Source: Pirellulales bacterium (GTDB taxonomy: Bacteria > Planctomycetota > Planctomycetia > Pirellulales > JACPPG01). Taken from it: a stretch of 64,000 nt of DNA. The notes under the pieces were generated by a model, which ran no database searches, was not told the origin of the DNA, and saw only the letters and a program-made list of their open reading frames with translations. Position 1 is the stretch's first letter. Each line of letters begins with the position of its first letter. A program made the translations under genes and the position numbers. The DNA is taken from NCBI GenBank assembly GCA_036490175.1, contig DASXEJ010000088.1, forward strand, positions 1 through 64,000, read 5' to 3'. Shown one piece after another: positions 40,189 through 49,603 of this stretch.

Positions 40189-40655
40189 TCGTGCTCCTTT
40201 TGCGCAGAGAATTTCTAACCGTAGAAAAGCGCACCCTAACCAAAGGTGGACCCAACGCGAGTGAGAGGGTCACGCCCAGCCCGCGAACGAATGTTCGTGG
40301 TACCAGGCGACTGATCCAAACCGACTCTACTCGGCGGCTACAAACACCACTACTGAACGGCGCGTGAGTTTGTGCTGAGCATTCGATGTAGTTTGTATTC
40401 GCTCCCCGTCGAGCGCGTGCGAGTCTGCGCGTCGACCCTGTGGCTTTGTCAAACGCACATCCGTCGGCATGTCACGGGCGGCCGTGCAACCACTCCTGCG
40501 AATCGACCTGCCGGATACCGCTAGCACGTGGCGCCTCGGTTTCTCACGAAAATCTAGCGCGACTCTCATCTCCGGAAAATGGGATCCGCCGATGATTACA
40601 CTAGGCAGGCGATTAGGATGTCGTCGCAAGAAACCCTCTCAAGGAAGCGAGTCTC

Positions 40656-41399
40656 ATGGTGAACTTCGACGCGGTCATCGTTAGCGATTTGCACTTGGGC
40701 GCGCGCAACAGGCGGGGTAATGACTTCCTGCGTTTCCTGCACACGATTCGATGACAGCGATTGGTCCTGGCCGGCGACTTGTTCAACGATTCACGTCTAC
40801 GTGGATTGCAGGAGCGAGACGTGCAGATCGTGGAGTTGCTGAGACGGTACACTAAACACGTTCGCGTTGATTGGGTCGTCGGCAATCATGACCCGTCTCC
40901 AACCTGGTTCGCCGCGTTGCTGGGAATCGAGGCGCAAGAGGAAGTCATCTTGAACGTCGGTGCCGCGCAGTACCTGGTGTATCACGGGCACGGCTGGGAT
41001 CCTTCGCTTAGTTGGCCACAACTCGAAGTCGACACGGCGGACGCTGTTTACTTCGCGTGCCAATGGCTCGACTCTTCGCATCGTCTGGCGCGACGCCTTA
41101 AACGCACGTCAAAGCATTTCTTCCATGTGACCGATGTCCTCCGTCGGCGAGCCATCGACGAAGCGCGCCTGCGAGGCGTGGCCGGTGTTATCCTGGGCCA
41201 CTCGCACCTGGCGTGTGACGTACGTAGCGCGGACGTTCACTATTTGAACTGCGGATGCTGGACAGAAAAGCCTTTGTCGTTTGTTGGCATCTCGGGCTCG
41301 ACAGCGCGAGTTTACGATTGGGATCCTGTGGCACGTACGCCGCTGCCGCGCAGTCTGACGCCGCTTGATGCCGAGACACTTCTGAATTCCTGTGCCTAG
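40656..41399 (+). pseudogene. LpxH-family metallophosphoesterase (UDP-2,3-diacylglucosamine diphosphatase-like) interrupted by an in-frame TGA at codon 33 (40752..40754)
   Basis: ATG at 40656 gives MVNFDAVIVSDLHLGARNRRGNDFLRFLHTIR, then TGA, then the same frame continues QRLVLAGDLFND...VVGNHD...GHSHLACD. The D-x-H, G-D-x-x-D and G-N-H-D calcineurin-like motifs are split across the stop, and the N-terminus resembles LpxH (DLHL...FLRFL...GDLF). Confidence 0.6.
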
Positions 41400-41968
41400 C
41401 GTTCGGCAACGAGACACAAATTACCGCGATCAGGGGAAGGAATTCGACGGGTGATTCGTATTCCAGCGCCTCCTGGATGCCTTGTCCGTCAGGCCCGGCG
41501 GCGCCGTCGCGGGGCGTCCTCCTCTATTTTTCCCATACTGCGCCAACGGACTCCTAGGGCGCCAATGTCACGCACCCCTTTTGCCTAAACGGGGCAAGAT
41601 TTTCGAAAAACCTTATTTCTTAAAAAAGCGTCATGGTGGGTCAACGTACAGCCCACGATGAGGGGTTTTTCATGGGGCCAGTGTGATCACACCCTCCGAG
41701 GTGTGGAGTGAGAGCAGCGCAAAAGCCTTGAAGTGAACACCCCTTACGATAATTGCGTCCATCGCACAGTTCCTTCGCGTCTCGGCGATATCCGTTGCAT
41801 CTTGCGCGCCATAAATGGCTGCCGCGCTGGCGGGCTTGCGACGGCGCGGCTGCCTTGGTGGTTGACGACGAGGATCAAATCTATACCGTGGCACCAAGCA
41901 CTCTACGGGGGATGAAACCCTAGCGCGTCGGGGTTGGAGGACGCGCGCTTCAATGAGGAGTCCTCGTG

Positions 41969-42094
41969 ATGAAGAAGTTCACTGCTATTTGTGCCCTGCT
42001 GTTGGTTCTCGCCATGGCCGTTCAAGCCGACGCTGGTTTGCGCCGTTGCCGTGGCGGCAAGTGTGGCAAGGCTGCCTGCGGCGCGTGCAAGTAA
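41969..42094 (+). CDS. Small secreted cysteine-rich cationic peptide (41 aa precursor; predicted 21-aa mature peptide with 4 Cys)
   Basis: GAGGAG lies 8 nt upstream of the ATG. The product is MKKFTAICALLLVLAMAVQA|DAGLRRCRGGKCGKAACGACK, a Sec signal peptide with a VQA cleavage motif. An intrinsic-terminator-like hairpin follows 18 nt after the stop. The ORF is below the 60-aa cutoff of the supplied ORF track. Confidence 0.5.
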   Translation: MKKFTAICALLLVLAMAVQADAGLRRCRGGKCGKAACGACK

Positions 42095-42109
42095 AGCACT
42101 CGCGCATGC

Positions 42110-42152
42110 CCTGTGCGATCCGGTTGGATCGCGGCGTTCGTGCCGCGATCCA
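42110..42152 (+). terminator. Rho-independent-terminator-like hairpin (14-bp perfect GC-rich stem, 6-nt loop, then a TTTT run)
   Basis: ccGGTTGGATCGCGGCgttcgtGCCGCGATCCAACCcggTTTTcg, read directly from the sequence. Confidence 0.5.
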
Positions 42153-42758
42153 ACCCGGTTTTCGCCCAGGCGCGATCAGCATGCGACGGACCCCTCTGAG
42201 GCGCAGCTCTTGTGCCATTTCGGTCGCTTGAGTTGCAGGCCCACCACAGTCGCTGCTGGGACCCGGTCCCAGAATCCCGATCGCCGAGGCTCCGTGCACC
42301 ATCCCAGGCGAGTGGCCCGCCACCAGGGTCTTTGTTCGAGGCTGGGCACGCCTTGACGGCTTGTGGCGGGCAATTCCTGGCCCCCGTAGCGCCCCAGGCT
42401 ATATCGTCCCACCTGGGCCCACCGGGCCGAAACGCCTAAGAGAGGTCTAAGCTTGCCCACCGCTCACGCGGCACGACCACGCGAAGCGGTGTTAACCCCC
42501 TTGCGGATGGCGTACTTACCACCGAACGAGGATTGCCAACCCGGCCCGCGATGGGCTAGAATCCTGGTTTTCGCCCAAGTTGGCCTACGGCTACCTCTAA
42601 TGCTCGCCCCGGCTGCTGGTTCCGGCCAGCGTCGACGGGTCAGGCACGTATGGTAGGAGTGCGCCAAAACCCCGCTGGGCCAGCGGCGGGGGATGGGCCG
42701 TGGGTTTGCGCGCGGGGCAAGCCCCGTCGTTTGTTCGTTCACACGTAAGAGATCGCGA

Positions 42759-44282
42759 ATGTTCGAGTCGTTGCAAGATGGCCTCAGTTCGGCGCTGCGG
42801 ACTCTGAGCGGGAAAGCCCGGCTCACTGAGTCCAACATGCGCGACGGGCTGCGCCTGGTGCAACAGTCGCTGCTCGAGGCCGACGTCAGCTTTCCGGTCG
42901 TCAAGCAGTTCATGGACCGAGTCAGCGAGCAGGCCGTAGGGGAACAAGTCCTCAAGAGCCTCCGCCCCGACCAACAAGTAGTAGGCATCGTCTACAACGA
43001 GTTGGTCAATCTGATGGGTCCGGTCGACCATTCGCTGCACCTCAAGCCCGATTTGACCGTGCTGATGATGTGCGGTCTGCAAGGCTCGGGCAAAACGACG
43101 ACCTGCGGCAAGTTAGCGCGCCTGTTGATCGAGCGTGGCCGTAAACCAATGCTCGTTGCGGCGGACTTACAGCGTCCCGCGGCCGTTCACCAATTGCAGG
43201 TACTCGGCGAACAGATCGGCGCACCGGTTTACGTGGAAGAGGGTGCGAGCGATCCCGTGGCCGTCTGCCAGAATGCGCTCAAACAAGCCAAATCCCAAGG
43301 CGCCGAGGTTCTGATCTTGGACACGGCCGGCCGTCTGCACATCGACGAAGAGTTGATGCAGCAGCTGCAGCGTATCGATCGCCGGGTCAATCCCGATCAG
43401 GTTTACCTGGTGGTCGACGCCATGACCGGCCAGGACGCCGTCAATAGCGCGAAGGCCTTTAACGAGGCGCTCGAGCTCGACGGCTGTATTATGACCAAGC
43501 TCGATGGCGACGCCCGCGGCGGCGCAGCCCTGAGCGTAAAGGCCGTCACCGGCGTGCCGCTGAAATTCATGGGAACGGGCGAGCATTTGGACGCGCTCGA
43601 AGAGTTCCACCCAGACCGCATGGCCAGCCGTATCCTGGGCATGGGGGACGTGCTGACACTTGTCGAGCAGGCGCAGCAAAAGTTCGACCAGGACGAAATG
43701 CAGGAGCAGGAGGAACGGCTCCGCCGCGGAGAGTTCACTCTGGACGACTTCCGCAAACAGCTCAGCCAGATTGGCCGCCTCGGCCCTCTGAACAAGGTAA
43801 TGGGTCTGATCCCCGGCATGGGCGGCCTACAAAAAATGATGGGGGATGCCGACGCCGACGGCGACATGAAGCGCCTGGTCGGCATTATCGATTCGATGAC
43901 CGCCGAGGAACGTCGCAACCCTTCCAAAACGATCGACCAAAGTCGCCGACGCCGCATCGCCGTGGGCGCCGGCGTCGAACCGGCCGAAGTCAATCAGCTG
44001 GTCAAGCAGTTCGACGGCATGGCCGACATCATGAAGCGGATGGCCGGCATGGGAATCCGCGAACGGATGCGGGAGGTGCAGCAACTGCAGCGAGGTGGCT
44101 TCCTCGACCCAGGTTCGTCATTGGCTCGACAGAAAAAAGGCACCGGCAAGCGCCTTTCCGCCCAGGAACGCACCAACCTGAAAAAACAACGCGAGAAGGA
44201 AATGCGGCGACGCAAACGGGATGGCAAGCGAGAGCGCGGCGGCAGTAGTCCGGAGCAGAACGGAAATCCGCGAGGCTTTTAG
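42759..44282 (+). CDS. ffh: Signal recognition particle protein Ffh (SRP54) with a basic C-terminal extension
   Basis: N domain, G domain ([30 protein letters not shown]), and an M domain with a Met-rich segment ([14 protein letters not shown]). Confidence 0.9.
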   Translation: MFESLQDGLSSALRTLSGKARLTESNMRDGLRLVQQSLLEADVSFPVVKQFMDRVSEQAVGEQVLKSLRPDQQVVGIVYNELVNLMGPVDHSLHLKPDLTVLMMCGLQGSGKTTTCGKLARLLIERGRKPMLVAADLQRPAAVHQLQVLGEQIGAPVYVEEGASDPVAVCQNALKQAKSQGAEVLILDTAGRLHIDEELMQQLQRIDRRVNPDQVYLVVDAMTGQDAVNSAKAFNEALELDGCIMTKLDGDARGGAALSVKAVTGVPLKFMGTGEHLDALEEFHPDRMASRILGMGDVLTLVEQAQQKFDQDEMQEQEERLRRGEFTLDDFRKQLSQIGRLGPLNKVMGLIPGMGGLQKMMGDADADGDMKRLVGIIDSMTAEERRNPSKTIDQSRRRRIAVGAGVEPAEVNQLVKQFDGMADIMKRMAGMGIRERMREVQQLQRGGFLDPGSSLARQKKGTGKRLSAQERTNLKKQREKEMRRRKRDGKRERGGSSPEQNGNPRGF

Positions 44283-44419
44283 CAAACTTGTGGGCAATCG
44301 CAGCTGCTTGGGACGAACCCCGGCGAGCCAAGTGCAATTGAGTTGAAATGTGAGGTTTTGCGGTCTCGATCGCAAAATAAAGAAGTAACCAAGGCGACGG
44401 ATTAATTCAGGAGGACCTA

Positions 44420-44860
44420 GTGGCAGTCAGAATTCGCATGAAGAAGATGGGGCGGAAGCATCGGCCGTTCTTCCGCATTTGCGCGGTCGACTCGCGCAGC
44501 CCGCGCGACGGCAAAGTCATTGAAGAATTGGGGACTTATGATCCGCTCGTGCCGGATGTGGACGCCCGCGTGCTATTAAATCCGGAGCGGGTTTCGTACT
44601 GGCTATCCGTCGGTGCCAAGCCAAGCGTCAACGTCAACGTATTCATTAAGAAATACGGCCCGGAAGGCACGCACCTGGAAGTGCAGACGGCCGCCCGCGA
44701 ACGGTTGGCGCTGCCGAAGCAGGTACCTCCTGCGCCGGAACCTGTCTTCGTTTACTCGCCAAAGTCCGCCGAAGAGCCGAGGGCAGAAGCGACGAGCGAA
44801 GAGCCAGCAGCCGCCGAAGCTACCACGGAGCCGGCAGCGACTGAAGCCGCTTCGGAATAG
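44420..44860 (+). CDS. rpsP: 30S ribosomal protein S16 with an acidic/Ala-Pro-rich C-terminal extension
   Basis: MAVRIRMKKMGRKHRPFFRI..., the canonical S16 N-terminus, followed by a low-complexity tail (EPAAAEATTEPAATEAASE). Confidence 0.9.
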   Translation: MAVRIRMKKMGRKHRPFFRICAVDSRSPRDGKVIEELGTYDPLVPDVDARVLLNPERVSYWLSVGAKPSVNVNVFIKKYGPEGTHLEVQTAARERLALPKQVPPAPEPVFVYSPKSAEEPRAEATSEEPAAAEATTEPAATEAASE

Positions 44861-44928
44861 TATTTAGGCGCGACCACATCGCCACGATACAGAGACCGCG
44901 ACACTTTACACCGCAATGATGATGTGCC

Positions 44929-45672
44929 ATGCGTTTCGACGTGCTGACCCTATTTCCGGAGATGTTTCCGGGCTATCTGGGCCAAAGCTTGTTGAATCTT
45001 GCGATCCAGCGAGGGCTGGTCGACGTGCGGCTGCACAACATTCGCGATTGGACGCATGACCGCCATAAAACGGTCGACGATCGGCCGTTCGGCGGTGGGC
45101 CAGGCATGGTGCTGAAGGTTGAACCTGTAGTGGAATGTGTCGAGGCCGTGCAAGCCCAGGCCGAAGAGGCAGGGCACGTGATCATGCTGACGCCGCAAGG
45201 CCGCCGGCTCGATCAAAGCGTTGTTGAGGAGTTGGCCGCCAAGCGGCGGTTGCTGCTATTGTGCGGCCGGTACGAGGGTTTTGACGAACGGGTGCGACAG
45301 ATCCTCGCCCCCGACGAGGTTTCGATCGGTGATTTCGTGCTCAACGGCGGCGAGGTCGGGGCAATGGTGCTTATCGACACCGTGATTCGGCTGGTGCCAG
45401 GTGTGCTGGGAGACGAGGAGAGCAATCAACAAGATTCATTTACCGGGAAGCAACGACTTTTAGAGTTTTCGCAGTACACGCGTCCGCGCGAATTTCGCGG
45501 GTATGAAGTGCCAGAGATTCTGCTCAGCGGCGACCACCAGGCCATCGCTCGCTGGCGCGATCAACAACGTATCGAGCGGACAAATCATCGCAGAGCCGCA
45601 GCCACACGATCGCCCGGCCCCGTAGCCGATCCGATCACCACTACACAGGATACCTCGCCGAGCACCCGGTAA
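44929..45672 (+). CDS. trmD: tRNA (guanine37-N1)-methyltransferase
   Basis: MRFDVLTLFPEMF...DDRPFGGGPGMVL...LLCGRYEGFDERV...VLNGGE, which are TrmD hallmarks. Confidence 0.9.
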   Translation: MRFDVLTLFPEMFPGYLGQSLLNLAIQRGLVDVRLHNIRDWTHDRHKTVDDRPFGGGPGMVLKVEPVVECVEAVQAQAEEAGHVIMLTPQGRRLDQSVVEELAAKRRLLLLCGRYEGFDERVRQILAPDEVSIGDFVLNGGEVGAMVLIDTVIRLVPGVLGDEESNQQDSFTGKQRLLEFSQYTRPREFRGYEVPEILLSGDHQAIARWRDQQRIERTNHRRAAATRSPGPVADPITTTQDTSPSTR

Positions 45673-45761
45673 AACGAACCAAGCCCGGGCAATGAATTCA
45701 GTCTGCCCAGGTCAAGCGCCGCGCTCGGCATAAAGAAATACCTTAGAAAGGACCATTAAAA

Positions 45762-46133
45762 ATGAGCCAACAATTACTCGCCAAGGTGGAAAAAAGCAGT
45801 CTTCGTGAACAAGTCCCCGAGTTTCAGATCGGCGATACCGTGGACGTACACACGCGAATTCTGGAAGGCGACAAAGAGCGTATCCAGATCTTCAATGGCG
45901 TAGTTATCGCCCGTAGTGGATCCGGCACACGCGCAATGTTCGTCGTACGTCGCATCGTGCAGGGGGAAGGGGTTGAGCGGAAGTTCCCGCTGCACTCCCC
46001 GCGGATCGCCAAGGTCGAAGTTAAGCGATCCGGCATTGTGCGTCGTGCCAAGCTGTACTTCCTCCGCGATCGCATCGGCAAGGCCGTGCGCCTGCGTGAG
46101 CGGCGTGGAGCGAAGCAGGATAGCGCGGAATAA
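45762..46133 (+). CDS. rplS: 50S ribosomal protein L19
   Basis: ...FQIGDTVDVHTRILEGDKERIQIFNGVVIARSGSG...RRIVQGEGVERKFPLHSPRIAKVEV... Confidence 0.9.
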   Translation: MSQQLLAKVEKSSLREQVPEFQIGDTVDVHTRILEGDKERIQIFNGVVIARSGSGTRAMFVVRRIVQGEGVERKFPLHSPRIAKVEVKRSGIVRRAKLYFLRDRIGKAVRLRERRGAKQDSAE

Positions 46134-46339
46134 CTTCCGCATCGTCAATCGGCACAAGGAAGCCCGCGACGTCTTTGGCGGCCCTTCAATGCGACGTCGG
46201 GCAGTAACGCGCGATATCGTTGGTTACACGCGGCCAGTTCGTTCGCTCGTCAGCCGAAACTTGGGCAACGATTTCCTCATGGATTCCGTTCATTCACGCG
46301 GCGGGCAGCATGCGTTTTCTGAACTTTCTCCGACGCTTC

Positions 46340-46726
46340 ATGGCCGTGAGAACTCTTGGGCAGCGGGGCGAGGACGCCGCAGCGAGATTCCTGCGCCGTC
46401 GCGGCTATAAAATTGTGGCACGTGGCGACCGCGCGGTCTTGGGAGAATTGGACTTGGTCGCGGTTGACGGTCGCACGATCGTCTTCGTGGAAGTGAAGAC
46501 CCGTGAGTCCCACGACAAGGGGCACCCGGCTGATGCCGTTGACCGGGAAAAACAACGCCGGCTCAGCCGTTTGGCCGTGGCGTACCTGCGCCGCCACGAT
46601 CTATTGGAGCAGCAAGCACGGTTCGACGTTGTCGCCGTTACTTGGTCACGCCACGCTCGCCGGCCGGTGATCGAACATTTCCAGCACGCCTTCGAGGCCA
46701 CGGGCTGGAGCGGGATGTTCAGCTGA
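46340..46726 (+). CDS. YraN-family (UPF0102) predicted endonuclease
   Basis: GQRGEDAAARFLRRRGYKIVARGDRAVLGELDLVAVDGRTIVFVEVKTR, the classic YraN pattern. Start is uncertain (46220, 46310 or 46340). Confidence 0.7.
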   Translation: MAVRTLGQRGEDAAARFLRRRGYKIVARGDRAVLGELDLVAVDGRTIVFVEVKTRESHDKGHPADAVDREKQRRLSRLAVAYLRRHDLLEQQARFDVVAVTWSRHARRPVIEHFQHAFEATGWSGMFS

Positions 46727-48162
46727 GGCCGCGCGGCACGTCCCCGTCCTGCCGCGCGGCGTTATTCTCCGGCAAGCATCTCGTGCCGGACGGGGACATT
46801 CCCGTCCGGATAATTCTGGCGCTGCCATTTCATGGCGGATCCGTGCGTTGGACTCGCTACAGCCGACTACAAGCCGTAATGTCGACGACGGCGATTTTTC
46901 ATGCCGCCAGTCGGCTTGATGACGTTATGCGACGAGGAGCGGGCCGCCACTGGCGCGATTCGCTTTTCAAAGCCCTTTCGCAATCGCTTGGGAACGCGGC
47001 GATCAATCGATTCGTCGTGCGAGAATTCAAACTGGTCCTTTGACATTAGCTTTCTCCTTACTTTCAAAAGCTGTGGTGTTTCCTACCGCCTGTCTGGCCT
47101 TGACCAACCCGGCCAAACGACGGCACTTCGCATTCCGCCCTCCCGAACGAAGCAGCGGACCCGCCAAACAGGTTGCAGGGCCTTCCTAGACGCCAGCCGT
47201 CGCGTATGGGCGTGACGTCTGACGCGATGTCTTGGCTCTGCAGTTCCGATTTGGCTGCCCTTGGTAAAGCAACGAACATGCCAAGCCTGCTGGCGACCTG
47301 AAAGAACCGAGACTTCGCGAAAATGCCGTGAAAACGGGTCATTTTGCGTTCAGATTTGGTCGCAAGACTTGATCGCGCGCGCGAGCGCTTCCGCGTCTTG
47401 GTGAAAGTCACGTCGCATGACGATAAGCGCAGTCTGCGATTTGTGTTAGAGCGGAGCCCAAGGCCGTCCCGCTCAGTCTGGCAAAGGCAATCGCGCGCTG
47501 CCACACGCCTTAAATCACTGCCTGCAAGTAACTTATGGCGCGGTCACAAAAACGGTGATGCGTTTCACCAAAATGGTGAAATCACCGGACCGCTCCGCCG
47601 GCGGTCCCACGTCCTATGTCCGGTTCTGTTCGCACGGCCCACAATCGAGCGAGCGAACGCCGTCACGGATTAAAACTCACCCCGGAACCGTCGCATGCCG
47701 CGGCCTGACGCGTGGGTTGCGCCGATGCCACTGCCGTTTTATTTAGGACGCGATCAGCGCAGCGCGCAAAAAACGCATCCTCTTTAGTTGTCGTTAGTTA
47801 TATATCTAATGTCGAACAACCTTTGAGTGTATTGTGCCATCGCGGCGCGGACCTGGTCCGAACGCCGCGCGTGCCGAGCCTTCGCTCCAAAACAAATACA
47901 AATATCGGCGCGGGCGCGCAATCGAGCGCGAACTTGCGTTTAAAGACTGTTCCGAGTCCCGTGCCGCGCGAGCGACTAACCATTCGTCGCCCGAGTAAGC
48001 GCACGGAGCCGATCTCATATATGCAAGTGCGGTGCCAAAGCCCTGCGTCAATCCACGAACAGCAAGAGTTGAGCCGCCCTTTGGCATGGCCTGACGCCGC
48101 CGCTTGGGGTCAGTTCTGAGTGGCGGTCCGCCATTGAGCCTGCGGAGGGCTGGATCCGCTGA

Positions 48163-48822
48163 TCAGAGCTGATCCTGCCGGGTGTCCAAGAAGTCTTGCC
48201 CGTGAGCATATTGAGTATTCACTGGCACTCCCTGCCCGCAGAGCGGACAGTCGGCCGCGGACCACTCGGGAATATCGGTTTCCAGTGAATAGATGTACCT
48301 GCTGACCCCGATTCCAACGGTGTCAACATTTCCACGGTGAACAAGCGCCGCGACCGTGGTTACATGGCCTCGGGCCCGACGGACCGCCTCAACCGTTTGC
48401 CGTACGGAGTGACCACTATTTACGATGTCGTCCACGACGAGAACACGACGCCCCGCCACAAGATGGTCGTAACCGCGCCGCAAGACGAATCTGCCTCGTA
48501 GTTGGCCGAAATCAGGGGATGCCTCGTGTTCGGCAAAGACCGCCGGCAAGCCCAGGGCGTGCGCCGTCCACTGCGCCACGATTAGTCCCCCCGTTGCCGG
48601 CCCGCAAACGACTTCGGCATCGATCGGTCGCACGGCTTCTGCCAACATAGACGCGAGATGATCCACACGTTTTGGGTCGATGAAAATCGCATCCTTGTCG
48701 ATCCAACCGCTACCGTGATCGCCGGAAATGTAGACGAAGTGATCATTTTCAAGGATAGCGTGGCAAGCCGTCAGGATGCTCTGAGTTTCGTCGGCCCGGC
48801 GTTTGGCAATATCGTCGCTCAT
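48163..48822 (-). CDS. Type I phosphoribosyltransferase-fold protein (OPRTase-like) with a C-terminal C-P-L-C motif
   Basis: PRPP-binding motif VLVVDDIVNSGHS. The C-terminal AADCPLCGQG is atypical for PyrE. Confidence 0.65.
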   Translation of the reverse strand: MSDDIAKRRADETQSILTACHAILENDHFVYISGDHGSGWIDKDAIFIDPKRVDHLASMLAEAVRPIDAEVVCGPATGGLIVAQWTAHALGLPAVFAEHEASPDFGQLRGRFVLRRGYDHLVAGRRVLVVDDIVNSGHSVRQTVEAVRRARGHVTTVAALVHRGNVDTVGIGVSRYIYSLETDIPEWSAADCPLCGQGVPVNTQYAHGQDFLDTRQDQL

Positions 48823-48893
48823 CGATTTAATGGGAACCCGTTTCGCAACAGATCGTCAAAAGTGGTGAGTCGCGATGCGAACCACGTTGCATC

Positions 48894-49502
48894 TCAACTG
48901 CTTGACAGTCGCTCTTCAACCGCGCGAAAGATGTCTGCCTTGACCGCCTCGATCGGCCGGGCGGCATCGATCACCACGATCTGTTCCGGTCGTCGGCTGG
49001 CTTCGGCAAGAAAGCCTTGCCGCAATCGGTGGCGGAACTCGTCCCCTTGCCGCTCCATACGATCCAGCGGCCGTGCCAGGCGCGTGGTCGCCGCCTCGGG
49101 AGGCATGTCCAGCACAATTGTCAGATTTGGTTCCAGTCTGCCCGTGGCCGTTTGTCCGATGCGCCACAATTCCTTGATGTCGAGCCCGCCGGCATGTCCC
49201 TGATAGACGACATTCGCCAATAAGTATCGATCGGAAATTACAATCTGGCCGGCCTCCAGTGCAGGCCTGATGACGTCGTTCACTAGCTGAGCTCGTGCGG
49301 CCATGTAAAGCAGCATTTCTGCTGTCCGTGTGATGGGCACGTCATGCGCGTCGAGCAAGATGCGACGAATCGCATCGCCCAGGGGAGTGCTGCCGGGGTC
49401 TCGGCACGTGACGATGTCGCGCCCCGTTGTCCGCAACCAAGCGGCCAACAGTGCGAGTTGCGTGCTTTTTCCTGCCCCGTCTATGCCGTCTAGGGAAAGA
49501 AA
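48894..49502 (-). CDS. tmk: Thymidylate kinase
   Basis: P-loop LDGIDGAGKSTQ at the N-terminus, and the DRY motif (ISDRY). Probable GTG start at 49500-49502 giving (M)FLSLDGIDGAGKST; the ORF-track start at 49607 looks over-extended. Confidence 0.8.
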   Translation of the reverse strand, partial: FLSLDGIDGAGKSTQLALLAAWLRTTGRDIVTCRDPGSTPLGDAIRRILLDAHDVPITRTAEMLLYMAARAQLVNDVIRPALEAGQIVISDRYLLANVVYQGHAGGLDIKELWRIGQTATGRLEPNLTIVLDMPPEAATTRLARPLDRMERQGDEFRHRLRQGFLAEASRRPEQIVVIDAARPIEAVKADIFRAVEERLSSS

Positions 49503-49603
49503 CACCTGGAATCGAGCCTCGCGACAATAGTGCAGGAATAGCCACTCGGTGTGTCTCGCATTGTAGCAAGATCGCGGTCTGCGGCCGAGGTGGACGCCAG
49601 CTG

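Noticed and set aside
40752-40754. In-frame TGA in the LpxH-like gene as a selenocysteine codon
   Set aside because: Metallophosphoesterases are not known selenoproteins. The position aligns to a non-catalytic linker residue. I see no convincing SECIS-like stem-loop within ~40 nt downstream. A nonsense mutation or sequencing error is more parsimonious, and both are kept as the main hypotheses in the finding.
42100-42758. SRP RNA (4.5S, ffs) expected near ffh
   Set aside because: I searched both strands by eye for the domain IV consensus (..CAGGUCCGGAAGGAAGCAGC..) and found nothing similar. ffs is often unlinked from ffh.
47064-47504. 146-aa minus-strand ORF, and the 66-aa basic ORF at 46867..47067, in the gene-poor region
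   Set aside because: Ser/Arg/Leu-rich arbitrary translations with no RBS or motifs, overlapping other equally weak ORFs. They are treated as non-coding and the region is flagged as a possible ncRNA locus instead.
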